Shown here: in pieces, positions 9,959-19,014 of the stretch | Numbering within the stretch: position 1 is the stretch's first letter | Layout: every line of letters begins with the position of its first letter | NCBI GenBank assembly: GCA_027021705.1 | Contig: JALUTT010000176.1 | Coordinates: forward strand, 13,247-77,246 | Direction: 5' to 3' | From: Anaerolineae bacterium | GTDB taxonomy: Bacteria; Chloroflexota; Anaerolineae; S140-20 | Length of the DNA stretch: 64,000 nucleotides | The notes under the pieces: generated by a model | Seen by the model: the letters and a program-made list of their open reading frames with translations, nothing else | Databases searched by the model: none | What the model was told of the DNA's origin: nothing | Position numbers and translations under genes: made by a program

Positions 9959-10074
9959 CTGTTCATCCTCCCGCAGGTTAGGCGCGTTTCCGACGCGAAA
10001 CCGTGCTTCCAATAGCCCATCGGGGCCGAAAGCGCCCTCGACCGGTGACCTGCGGGAGGGGAGGCTGAATAGAT
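9959..10074. repeat. ~115-bp dispersed hairpin element, copy 2
   Basis: Near-identical to copy 1; between hemH and hemY. Confidence 0.9.
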
Positions 10075-10144
10075 ACCTTCAAGGTGTAAAGGGCAGGGTG
10101 TCAGGACGGCCGTCGGGTTGCCCCGGCGTGGTGTCGAACGACCG

Positions 10145-11134
10145 TCAGGTCACCCCTACGTCGTGCCGGAGGAGGGTGGTCTGCTCGCCGCGAGCGGCAT
10201 TCCAGACCACGTCCCGGAGCGCTTGGATCAGGCGGGGATCGTCGTTGAGGGAGTCGGTGCGCTCCAGGTGCATCCCCAGCCCCTCCGCCTGCTCGCGGGC
10301 TTCGATCTCCAGGTCGTAGAGCACCTCCAGGTGGTCGGCGACAAAGCCGACGGGGCAGACCAGCACCGCCGGCACGCCCTGACGGGCCAGCCTCTCCAGC
10401 ACCTCCGACAGGTCCGGTCCCAGCCAAGGTTCGGCGGTGTGGCCGGCGCTCTGGTAGGCGAAACGCCACCGCGTCGCCTCCAACCCCACCCGCTGGACCA
10501 CCCCGACGCAGGTCTCGTGGAGGTGGCGGGGATAGGGGTCGCCCCACTCCAGGATGCGCTGGGGCAGGCTGTGGGCGGTGAAGATGAGGATCAACCGCTC
10601 CCGCTCCGCCGGCGAGAAGCGCTCCAGGCCCCGCTGAACGCGATCCGCCAAGGCTTCCAGGAAGAGAGGGTGCGTGTGCCAGTGCTCAACAAAGCGGAGG
10701 CGCAACGGGGCCTGGAGTTCCTGCAGAGCCTGTTGGGCGGCTTCGATGTAAGCGCCGACGCTTAGACGGGAGTAGTGGGGGGCCAGGGAGAGCCCGACGG
10801 CGTCCCGGACCCCGTCGGCGGCCATCCGGGCGATGGCCTCGCCGATGAAGGGCCGCCAGTGGCGCATGCCCACGTAGACGCGGAAGCCCTCGGCACCGGC
10901 TGCCACCGTACCGTTGAGGGCCGCTTCCAGGGCGCGGGCTTGGGCGCGGGTAATCTCCAGGAGCGGGGAGCGTCCCCCGATACGCCGATAGCGGGCCTGG
11001 AGCGCAGCCACGGCGGTGGGGGAGGGGCGGCGTCCGCCTCGGATGTGGGTGTAGTAGGCCTCCACGTCCTCCAGGCGGTCTGGACTGCCGTAGGCCATCA
11101 GCAGGACGCCGATGGGAGGGTCGGAGTTCGGCAT
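10145..11134 (-). CDS. hemH: Ferrochelatase (CpfC/HemH, monoderm type)
   Basis: GVLLMAYGSP, FTAHSLP, YQSAG...WLGPD, GFVADHLEVLYDL. Confidence 0.93.
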   Translation of the reverse strand: MPNSDPPIGVLLMAYGSPDRLEDVEAYYTHIRGGRRPSPTAVAALQARYRRIGGRSPLLEITRAQARALEAALNGTVAAGAEGFRVYVGMRHWRPFIGEAIARMAADGVRDAVGLSLAPHYSRLSVGAYIEAAQQALQELQAPLRLRFVEHWHTHPLFLEALADRVQRGLERFSPAERERLILIFTAHSLPQRILEWGDPYPRHLHETCVGVVQRVGLEATRWRFAYQSAGHTAEPWLGPDLSEVLERLARQGVPAVLVCPVGFVADHLEVLYDLEIEAREQAEGLGMHLERTDSLNDDPRLIQALRDVVWNAARGEQTTLLRHDVGVT

Positions 11135-11145
11135 CGGTGAGCACC

Positions 11146-12195
11146 TCATCGTGTCGTCGGACGTTCCGTGCGTTCGTGGATCAGAGTGGCCAGGCGTCTC
11201 AGGGTGTCGGGAGGTGTCTGGGGGAGCACGCCGTGGCCCAGGTTGAAGATGTGACCGGGCCGGCCATCGGCCTGGTCCAGCACCTCCAGCGCCCGTTGCT
11301 CCACCCGCTCCCAGGGGCCGAGCAGGAGGGCCGGGTCCAGGTTGCCCTGGATGGCCGTCCGGTAGCCCAGCCGCTCCCAGGCCCAATCCAGCCCCACCCG
11401 CCAGTCCACGCCGATGACGTCACCGCCGGCCTCCTGCATCAGCGGCAGCAGCCCGCCCGTGTTGACGCCGAAATGGATGAGGGGCACCCCGGCCCCTCGC
11501 AGCTCGGCGAAGAGACGGCGCATATGGGGCAGGACGAAGGTCCGGTAGTCGGACGGCCCCAGGCAGCCGACCCAACTGTCGAAGATCTGGAGGGCCTGGG
11601 CCCCGGCCCGCGCCTGGGCCTTCAGGTAGGCGATGATGGCCTCGGTCAGCCGCTCCAACAGCCGATGGGCCAGGGCCGGCTCCCGGTAGAGCAGCGCCTT
11701 GGTCTGGGTGAAGGCGCGGGAGGGGCCGCCCTCGATCAGATAGCTGGCCAGGGTGAAGGGGGCCCCGGCAAAGCCGATGAGCGGCACCTGAAGCTCCCGG
11801 CGCAGGAGCCGGATCGCCTCCAGCACGAAGGGGAGGTCCGCCTCGGGCTCCAGGGGGCGCAGCCGCTCCACATCCTCGGCGCTGCGGATCGGCCTCTCGA
11901 GGACGGGACCGACGCCCGCCTCGAAGCGGAAGGGAGCGCCCATCGGCTCCAGAGGGAGCATGATGTCGGCGAAGAGGATGGCAGCGTCCACCTCCATCTG
12001 GTAGACCGGCAGGAGCGTGACCTGGACGGCCAACTCCGGCGTCTTGCAGAGGGTGAGCAGGTCGTACCGCTCCCGCAGGCGGCGGTACTCCGGCTGGTAG
12101 CGACCGGCCTGGCGCATAAACCAGACGGGGGTGCGGTCCACCGGCTGGCGGCGGCAGGCCCGCAGGAAGCGGTCGTTGAAAGGGGGCGCGCTCAT
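11146..12195 (-). CDS. hemE: Uroporphyrinogen decarboxylase
   Basis: [34 protein letters not shown]. Confidence 0.97.
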   Translation of the reverse strand: MSAPPFNDRFLRACRRQPVDRTPVWFMRQAGRYQPEYRRLRERYDLLTLCKTPELAVQVTLLPVYQMEVDAAILFADIMLPLEPMGAPFRFEAGVGPVLERPIRSAEDVERLRPLEPEADLPFVLEAIRLLRRELQVPLIGFAGAPFTLASYLIEGGPSRAFTQTKALLYREPALAHRLLERLTEAIIAYLKAQARAGAQALQIFDSWVGCLGPSDYRTFVLPHMRRLFAELRGAGVPLIHFGVNTGGLLPLMQEAGGDVIGVDWRVGLDWAWERLGYRTAIQGNLDPALLLGPWERVEQRALEVLDQADGRPGHIFNLGHGVLPQTPPDTLRRLATLIHERTERPTTR

Positions 12196-13478
12196 ACCAC
12201 CTCCTGCAGAGCCTGTCGGACGGCCTCCAGGGTGTAGGTCACGTCCACGGCGGTGTGGGCCAGGGAGACGAACCAGGACTCGAAGGCGGAGGGAGGCGGA
12301 TAAATGCCCCGGTTCACCAGCCCCCAGAAGAAGCGGGCGTACCGCTCGGCATCGGCTGCCTTCGCCGAGGCGTAGTCTCGGACGGGCCGGTCGGTGAAGA
12401 AGGGGGTCAGCATCGAGCCCACCCGGTTGATCTGGAGGGGGACGCCGGCCTGGCGGGCGGCTTCCTCCAGCCCTTGGGCCAGCCGTCCTGCCCGCTCCTC
12501 CAACTGCTCGTAGGTGCCGGGCTGGGCCAGCACCTGCAGGGTGGCGATGCCGGCGGCCATCGCCAGGGGGTTGCCGGAGAGGGTGCCGGCCTGGTAGACG
12601 GGACCGAGGGGGGCCAGTTGGTCCATCACCTCCCGCCGTCCACCGTAGGCACCCACCGGCAGCCCGCCACCGATCACCTTCCCCAGACAGGTCAGGTCAG
12701 GCTGGATGCCGTAGAGGCCCTGGGCACCGCCGTAGGCGACCCGGAAGCCGGTGATCACCTCGTCGAAGATGAGGAGAGCGCCGTGCTCCTGGGTGAGCCG
12801 CCGCAACCCCTCTAGGAAGCCGGGGACCGGCGGGACGACGCCCATGTTGCCGGCCACGGGCTCCACGATCACCGCCGCGATCTGGTCGGGGAAGGTCTCG
12901 AAGAGGGTGTTCACCGCCTCCAGGTCGTTGTAGGGGGCAACCAGCGTGTCCTGGACCACGCTGGGGGGAACGCCGGCGCTGCCGGGTAGCCCCAGCGTCG
13001 TCACACCCGAGCCGGCCTGGACCAGAAGGAGGTCGGCGTGGCCGTGATAGCCCCCGGCGAACTTGACGATCTTGGGACGTCCGGTGTAGGCGCGGGCCAG
13101 ACGGAGAGCGCTCATCGTCGCCTCGGTGCCGGAGTTGACGAAGCGGACCTTCTCGATGGCCGGCATCGCCTGGTGGATGAGACGAGCCAGCTCGATCTCC
13201 CGCTCCGTCGGTGCACCGTAGCTGGTCCCCTCTTCGACGGCGGCCTTGAGGGCGGCTACCACCTGGGGATGGGCGTGGCCCAGGATGAGGGGACCCCAGG
13301 AGCCGACGTAGTCCACCAGCTCGTGGCCCTCGGCGGTGTAGATATGGGAGCCCTGCCCCCGACTGATGAAGAGGGGGGTGCCGCCCACCGCTTTGAAGGC
13401 CCGCACGGGGCTGTTCACCCCGCCGACGAGCCACCGTTGGGCTTCCTCGAAGAGTCGTTGGGAACGGGACCAGTTCAT
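12192..13478 (-). CDS. hemL: Glutamate-1-semialdehyde 2,1-aminomutase
   Basis: [34 protein letters not shown]. Confidence 0.97.
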   Translation of the reverse strand: MNWSRSQRLFEEAQRWLVGGVNSPVRAFKAVGGTPLFISRGQGSHIYTAEGHELVDYVGSWGPLILGHAHPQVVAALKAAVEEGTSYGAPTEREIELARLIHQAMPAIEKVRFVNSGTEATMSALRLARAYTGRPKIVKFAGGYHGHADLLLVQAGSGVTTLGLPGSAGVPPSVVQDTLVAPYNDLEAVNTLFETFPDQIAAVIVEPVAGNMGVVPPVPGFLEGLRRLTQEHGALLIFDEVITGFRVAYGGAQGLYGIQPDLTCLGKVIGGGLPVGAYGGRREVMDQLAPLGPVYQAGTLSGNPLAMAAGIATLQVLAQPGTYEQLEERAGRLAQGLEEAARQAGVPLQINRVGSMLTPFFTDRPVRDYASAKAADAERYARFFWGLVNRGIYPPPSAFESWFVSLAHTAVDVTYTLEAVRQALQEVV

Positions 13479-14638
13479 ACCAGCACCTCCTGGCTCCGGG
13501 GTTGGTAGGGGCAGAGGGGATCGCTGCCCAGCGGATCGCCGCTGTCGGCGTAAGCCCGGGCTCGCGAGCCCCCGCAGATCATCCGAAACTCGCATCGTCC
13601 GCACTTCCCGGCGTAGAGGTCGGGATTGCGCAGGCGCTGAAAGAGAGGGGCGTGGCGGTAGATCTCGACGGGGCTCTGCTGGCGGACGTTGCCGGCCGTC
13701 AGGGGCAGGAAGCCGGACGGATAGACCTCGCCCCGGTGGGAGATGAACATGATGCCGTTGCCGTCGCGGATGCCGAAGCCCCGCCCGATAGAGGTCCGCC
13801 GGATCTGGTCGAGGGTCATCCCCTCCCGGCGCAGATGCTGATAGGCCACACGCCGGAAGTGCATCGCCTCGGTGGTCTTGATGACGAAGGGGGCCTCCAG
13901 GGCCCATCGGTAGAGCTGCTGGAGGAGCTGCTCCGCCTGGGCGGAAGTGATGGGGCGCAAGACCGTCCCCCGCCCCACCGAGATCAGGAAGAAGAGGCTC
14001 CAGCGGGCGATCCCCAGATCGCGCATCAGGGCGTAGATCTGCGGGATGTCGTCCAAGGTGTCGGCGGTGATGAGGGTGTTGATCTGGAGCGGGATTTCCA
14101 TCTGGTGGGCGGCCTGGATGGCTTCGAGGGTCCAGTCGAAGCAGCCCGGCACGCCGCGAAAGGCGTCGTGTTTCTCGGCGGTGGAGCCGTCGAGGCTGAG
14201 GGACATGCTCTGCACCCCCAGGGCCTTGAAGGCCTCGATGGTCGAGCGGGTGAGGCGGTTCGTCCCGCTGGGGGCGACGGAGAGGGGCAGTCCCAGTTCA
14301 ACGGCGTACTCGATCAGCTCGAAGAGGTCTGGGCGGTGCAGCGGATCTCCGCCGGTGATGACGACGTGGGGAGGCGGCTCACCGAAGGCCCGCAATTCGT
14401 CGAGCAGGCGCTTGCTCTCCTCGGTGGTGAGCTCCAGGGGGTGGCGATGGGGGATCGCCTCGGCGCGACAGTGACGACAGGTCAGGTCGCAGGCCAGGGT
14501 CAGTTCCCAGTAGACGAGGATGGGCCGGTCATCAAAGACCAGCCGCCCGTCCATACTGGGGTGGAAGGCGCGGGCCGCAGGCAGCCGTCGGCCGGCCGCT
14601 CCTCCCGGCGTCGGCGTGAGAGGTCTCGTGATCGTCAT
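13475..14638 (-). CDS. Radical SAM protein with truncated SPASM domain (NirJ/AhbD-like, TIGR04053-like)
   Basis: CDLTCRHC cluster motif; C-terminal [18 protein letters not shown]...DPLC; translationally coupled to hemL. Confidence 0.88.
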   Translation of the reverse strand: MTITRPLTPTPGGAAGRRLPAARAFHPSMDGRLVFDDRPILVYWELTLACDLTCRHCRAEAIPHRHPLELTTEESKRLLDELRAFGEPPPHVVITGGDPLHRPDLFELIEYAVELGLPLSVAPSGTNRLTRSTIEAFKALGVQSMSLSLDGSTAEKHDAFRGVPGCFDWTLEAIQAAHQMEIPLQINTLITADTLDDIPQIYALMRDLGIARWSLFFLISVGRGTVLRPITSAQAEQLLQQLYRWALEAPFVIKTTEAMHFRRVAYQHLRREGMTLDQIRRTSIGRGFGIRDGNGIMFISHRGEVYPSGFLPLTAGNVRQQSPVEIYRHAPLFQRLRNPDLYAGKCGRCEFRMICGGSRARAYADSGDPLGSDPLCPYQPRSQEVLV

Positions 14639-14684
14639 ACGTGCTGTCTCCTTGAGTCCACAACGGATCGGGGATTCCGCCGGC

Positions 14685-15665
14685 CTACGCAGCCGCCAGC
14701 CAGCGGGCTGCGTCGCAGGCGAAGTAGGTGATGATCAGGTCGGCGCCGGCCCGCCGGATGGCGGTCAGCATTTCCAGGGCCACCCGCCGCTCGTCGAGCC
14801 AGCCCCGCAGAGCGGCGGCCTTGACCATCGCGTACTCCCCACTGACGTTGTAGGCGGCGATGGGCACGTCGAAGGCCCGGCGGGCGTGGGCGATGATGTC
14901 CAGGTAGGCCAACGCCGGCTTGACCATCACGATGTCGGCCCCCTCCTCCAGATCGAGGCGGATCTCCTGCAGCGCCTCGCGGACGTTGGGCGGATCCATC
15001 TGGTAGCCGGACCGGTCGCCGAAATGAGGGGCCGAGTCTGCCGCATCCCGGAAGGGGCCGTAGAAGGCGGAGGCGTACTTGGCCGCGTAGGCGAGGATGG
15101 CCACCTCGGGGAAACCGGCCTCGTCCAGCGCCTGGCGGATGGCCCCTACCTGGCCGTCCATCATCGCGCTGGGAGCCACCACGTCGGCCCCGGCGGCGGC
15201 GTGGGAGACGGCCACCCGACCCAGCAGGGGCAGCGTCGCGTCGTTGTCCACCGTCCCCTCCCGCACGATCCCACAGTGGCCGTGGGCGGTGTAGGCGCAG
15301 AGGCAGACGTCGGTGATGACGGTCAGCTCCGGCACGGTGCGCTTCAGGAGGCGCACGGCCTCCTGGACGATGCCCTCCTCGGCGTAGGCTTCGGAGCCCT
15401 CGTCATCCTTGTGGCCTGGCAGGCCGAAGAGGAGGACGGCGGGGATGCCCAGTCGGGCCACCGCTTCCGCCTCCTCGGGGAGCCGGTCCAGGGAGAGCCG
15501 GTACTGGCCCGGCATCGAGGGGATCTCCTCCCGCACGTCGTGGCCGGGCCGGACGAAGAGGGGGTAGATGAAGTTGTCGGCGCTCAGGCGCGTCTCACGG
15601 ACCATCCGGCGCAACGCCTCCGTCCGGCGGAGGCGCCGGGGCCGTACCTTGGGAAACCCTGTCAT
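14685..15665 (-). CDS. hemB: Porphobilinogen synthase (Zn type)
   Basis: [31 protein letters not shown]. Confidence 0.97.
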   Translation of the reverse strand: MTGFPKVRPRRLRRTEALRRMVRETRLSADNFIYPLFVRPGHDVREEIPSMPGQYRLSLDRLPEEAEAVARLGIPAVLLFGLPGHKDDEGSEAYAEEGIVQEAVRLLKRTVPELTVITDVCLCAYTAHGHCGIVREGTVDNDATLPLLGRVAVSHAAAGADVVAPSAMMDGQVGAIRQALDEAGFPEVAILAYAAKYASAFYGPFRDAADSAPHFGDRSGYQMDPPNVREALQEIRLDLEEGADIVMVKPALAYLDIIAHARRAFDVPIAAYNVSGEYAMVKAAALRGWLDERRVALEMLTAIRRAGADLIITYFACDAARWLAAA

Positions 15666-15722
15666 CGCTCATCCTCCAGATCCCGAACTGCTGAGCGGCG
15701 AGTCCCGATGCTCGCCTCGTAA

Positions 15723-15836
15723 CTGTTCACCCTCCCGCAGGTGAGGCGCGTTTCCGACGCGAAACCGTGCTTCAAATAGCCCATCGGGGCTGAAAGCGCC
15801 TCCGACCGGTGACCTGCAGGAGGGTAGGCTATAGAT
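15723..15836. repeat. ~115-bp dispersed hairpin element, copy 3
   Basis: Near-identical to copies 1 and 2; its right end overlaps the hemD stop codon. Confidence 0.9.
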
Positions 15837-16626
15837 GCCTCGCCTCGACGAAGGCGGCCAGCGCTTCCACGAGCCCGGCGACGGTGTGCTCCTGGGCGAC
15901 GACGTGGACCGGGAGCCCTGCCCGCTCGACGGTGCGGGCGGTGATGGGGCCGATGCAGGCCACAATGAGTTCGCGGTTGGCGATACTCTCCCGGAGGCGC
16001 TGTCGCACCCAGGGGCGCTCGGTCAGGGGACGGACGGTGGAAGGGCTGGTGAAGGTGACGACGTCGAGACCCTGCCGGAAGAGGGCTTCGAGCCGGGCCG
16101 GGTCCAGAGGGGCCGGCAGCGTCCGGTAGGCGACGACCTCATCCACGAGAGCACCCCGCGCCCAGAGCAGGTGAGGCAGCGCCTTGCGGGCGATGTCGGC
16201 CCGGGGGAGCAGGATGCGCTGGCCCTGGACGTCGCCCATCTCCTCGACGATGGCCTCCGCCACGTAGCGGGTGGGGAGGAAGTCCACGGCCAGCCCCTGC
16301 CGGCGGAGGGCGGTGGCCGTGGCCGGTCCAATGGCTGCCTTCTTCGGCTTCTGGAGCCGCTGGAGGTCGTAGCCCAGCGCCTGTAGCCGCTCCACGACAA
16401 AGCGGACGCCGTTGACGCTGGTAAAGATCACCCAGGCGTAGCGGTCCAGCCGGTGGAGGGCATGGTCGAGGGGAGACCAATCGTCAGGTGGGGCGAAGGT
16501 GATGGTGGGCAGAAGGACGGGCTCAGCTCCCAGGGCCTGCAGCCGCTGGGCCAGGGCCTCCGCCTGCTCCCGGGGGCGGGTGACCAGCACCCGGAGCCCT
16601 GCCAGGGGAAGGTCGGTCGGGGTCAC
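15829..16626 (-). CDS. hemD: Uroporphyrinogen-III synthase
   Basis: VLVTRPREQA, IFTSVNGV, AIGPATA, TFTSPSTV, CIGPIT; GTG overlaps the hemC stop. Confidence 0.92.
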   Translation of the reverse strand: MTPTDLPLAGLRVLVTRPREQAEALAQRLQALGAEPVLLPTITFAPPDDWSPLDHALHRLDRYAWVIFTSVNGVRFVVERLQALGYDLQRLQKPKKAAIGPATATALRRQGLAVDFLPTRYVAEAIVEEMGDVQGQRILLPRADIARKALPHLLWARGALVDEVVAYRTLPAPLDPARLEALFRQGLDVVTFTSPSTVRPLTERPWVRQRLRESIANRELIVACIGPITARTVERAGLPVHVVAQEHTVAGLVEALAAFVEARHL

Positions 16627-17570
16627 GGCCCACCCTCCTCTCCGACGGTTACGGGGGCCTCTAAGAGGCATTGAGCCCCTAGGCTCAGGAGTCGCTCGGC
16701 CAAGCGCCGGCCCAGGGATTCGGCCTCGTCGGGGTGGCCTTGGATCCGGCTGCACAGCCGTTTCTGCCCGTCGGGAGAGGCGACAAGCCCGTCCAGGAGC
16801 AGTTCGCCCGCTTCCAGCCGACCGTAGGCGGCCACCGGCACCTGGCAGCCACCGCCCAGGGTGCGCAGGAAGGCCCGCTCCGCCGTCACGGCGGCCCAGG
16901 TGGGGGCGTGGTTGAGGGGGGCGACCAGGGCCTGGGCCTTGGCGTCGTCGGCCCGGACCTCCAGGGCCAGGGCTCCCTGGCCCACGGCCGGCAGCATGAT
17001 CTCCACCGGCAGGGGCCAGACCGTGTCGCTCCAGCGCCCCAGGCGGATCAGCCCGGCCGCGGCCAGCACCAGGGCGTCCACCTCGCCCTCAGTCAGCTTG
17101 CGTAGCCGGGTGTCCACGTTGCCCCGGATGCCCACCACCCGGAGGTCCGGTCGCCAGGCGAGGAGCTGGGCCTGACGGCGGAGCGATCCCGTCCCCACCC
17201 GGCTCTCCAGGGGCAGCGAGGCCAGCGTCACCCCAGGGCGGGTGACCAGGACGTCGTGGGGGTTAGCTCGCCGGGGGGTGGCGGCCAGGGTCAGGCCCGG
17301 CACCGGCGCGGTGGGCAGGTCCTTGAGGCTGTGGACGGCCAGGTCCACCTCGCCCTCCAGGAGGGCGGTCTGGATGGCCCGGACGAAGGCCCCCCGCCCA
17401 CTGAAGGCGGTCAGGGGGAGATCGCGCCGCCGGTCCCCTTGGGTGGTGATGGTGCGGACCTCGACGGTCAGGTCGGGGTGGTGCTCCCGCAGGGCGGTGA
17501 CCACCGCCTCCGTCTGGGCCAGGGCGAGGGCGCTGCCCCGGGTGCCGACGACCAGCCGCCGGCGGCTCAT
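16623..17570 (-). CDS. hemC: Hydroxymethylbilane synthase
   Basis: GTRGSALAL, AVHSLKD, RGNVDTRL, LGGGCQVP. Confidence 0.97.
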   Translation of the reverse strand: MSRRRLVVGTRGSALALAQTEAVVTALREHHPDLTVEVRTITTQGDRRRDLPLTAFSGRGAFVRAIQTALLEGEVDLAVHSLKDLPTAPVPGLTLAATPRRANPHDVLVTRPGVTLASLPLESRVGTGSLRRQAQLLAWRPDLRVVGIRGNVDTRLRKLTEGEVDALVLAAAGLIRLGRWSDTVWPLPVEIMLPAVGQGALALEVRADDAKAQALVAPLNHAPTWAAVTAERAFLRTLGGGCQVPVAAYGRLEAGELLLDGLVASPDGQKRLCSRIQGHPDEAESLGRRLAERLLSLGAQCLLEAPVTVGEEGGP

Positions 17571-18853
17571 CGGACTTCCTCCAGGGCGAAGAGTTCGCGC
17601 AGGGCAGCGCTGTAGAGGCGGCTATCCCCCCGCTGGGCCTGGGCCTTCAGCCGCACCGTGGGCTCGTGGAGCAGCTTGTTGACGATGGCCCGGCTGAAGG
17701 CGTTGAGGACCTCCCGGTCCCGTTCGGGCAACGGGCCAAGCCGCCGCAGCGCCCGCTCCAGTTCGGCCTGGCGGATGCGTTCGGCCCGAGCCCGCAGCGC
17801 CTTGATGGTGGGGGTCACCTCCAGGGAGCGGAACCAGGCCATGAAGCGGGTCACCTCCTCCTGAACGATGGGGCGGGCCTGGTAGGCGGCGTGACGCCGC
17901 TTCTGTCGGCCGGTCTCGACCACGTTTTGGAGGTCGTCAATGTTGCGAAGGGTGACGCCGGGGATCTGGGCGGCCTGGGGCTCGATGTCGCGGGGGACGG
18001 CGATGTCTATGAGCAACAGAGGGCGGCCCTGACGCTGGGCCATCGCCCGGCGGACGACGTCGGCCCGGATGATGATGTGGGGAGCGGCGGTGGCGCTGAG
18101 GGCCAGGTCCACCTGGGCCAGGGCTTTCGGGAGCTGGTCGAGGGGAAGGGCCTGCCCACCGAACTGCTGGGCCATCGCTACGGCCCGTTCGTAGGTCCGA
18201 TTGGCCACCCAGATCCCGCCGATGCCGTGGGCGTGGAGGGCCTTGGCGGCCAGGGTACTCATCTTGCCTGTGCCCACCAGGAGGACACAGCGGCCCTCTA
18301 AAGAGCCCAAGGTCTGGCGGGCCAGTTCGACGGCGGCCGAGCTGATGGAGACGGGGTGCCGCCCGATCTCCGTCTCGGTCCGCACCCGCTTGCCGGTGTG
18401 GATGGCCTGCTGAAAGAGGGCGGAGAGGAGGGGGCCGGGGGCTTCCAGGGCCTGGGCCATCTCGAAGGCCTCCCGCACCTGCCCCAGGATCTGTGCCTCG
18501 CCCAGGATCATCGAGTCCAAACCGCTGGCGACCCGGAAGAGGTGCGCGACGGCGTTGCGGTCGGCGCAGGCGTAGAGATGGGGGGCCAGCCGTTCGGGGG
18601 AGAGACCATGGAAGTCGGCCAGGAAGCGGGTAAGGGTGGCATGGCCGGCGGCGACCTCCTGGGCGACCCCGTAAACCTCGGTGCGGTTGCAGGTGGTCAG
18701 GATCACGGCCTCGCGGATGCGTCCCGACTCCGGGGGATCCGGGGAGAGGAGTTGTCTGAGGCCCTCTTCCAGAGAGCAGGCGGTGTAGGTGAGCTGTTCC
18801 CGTAGGGCGACTGGAGCGGTCGTGTGGTTGAGCCCCACCAACAGGATGTGCAT
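17567..18853 (-). CDS. hemA: Glutamyl-tRNA reductase
   Basis: GLNHTTAPV, TCNRTE, SGLDSMILGEAQILGQ, DIAVPRDI; RBS GAGG before MHIL. Confidence 0.97.
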   Translation of the reverse strand: MHILLVGLNHTTAPVALREQLTYTACSLEEGLRQLLSPDPPESGRIREAVILTTCNRTEVYGVAQEVAAGHATLTRFLADFHGLSPERLAPHLYACADRNAVAHLFRVASGLDSMILGEAQILGQVREAFEMAQALEAPGPLLSALFQQAIHTGKRVRTETEIGRHPVSISSAAVELARQTLGSLEGRCVLLVGTGKMSTLAAKALHAHGIGGIWVANRTYERAVAMAQQFGGQALPLDQLPKALAQVDLALSATAAPHIIIRADVVRRAMAQRQGRPLLLIDIAVPRDIEPQAAQIPGVTLRNIDDLQNVVETGRQKRRHAAYQARPIVQEEVTRFMAWFRSLEVTPTIKALRARAERIRQAELERALRRLGPLPERDREVLNAFSRAIVNKLLHEPTVRLKAQAQRGDSRLYSAALRELFALEEVR

Positions 18854-18904
18854 CGTAGCCACCTCGGACGAGGGCTGGTGTGATGAATCGTGAGGTACAC
18901 TCAT

Positions 18905-18932
18905 ATTTTAGTAGATTTTGTGGGTTTGTCAA
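18905..18932 (-). promoter_or_regulatory. Probable hem operon promoter
   Basis: Minus strand TTGACA-16 bp-TAAAAT in an AT-rich intergenic segment. Confidence 0.55.
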
Positions 18933-19014
18933 GGGGTAAATTCCATTTCTCACAAATTCCTTACCCATCGTTCCCCATCGTCCGCTTGTTCTTCGCGCGA
19001 GGAGTACTGCGCCC

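Noticed and set aside
9959..10074. 115-bp element as a heme-operon riboswitch
   Set aside because: Same orientation regardless of gene strand, and one copy precedes an unrelated L,D-transpeptidase
18860..18960. Rex or Fnr box upstream of hemA
   Set aside because: Only half-sites such as TTGTGA; no correctly spaced palindrome
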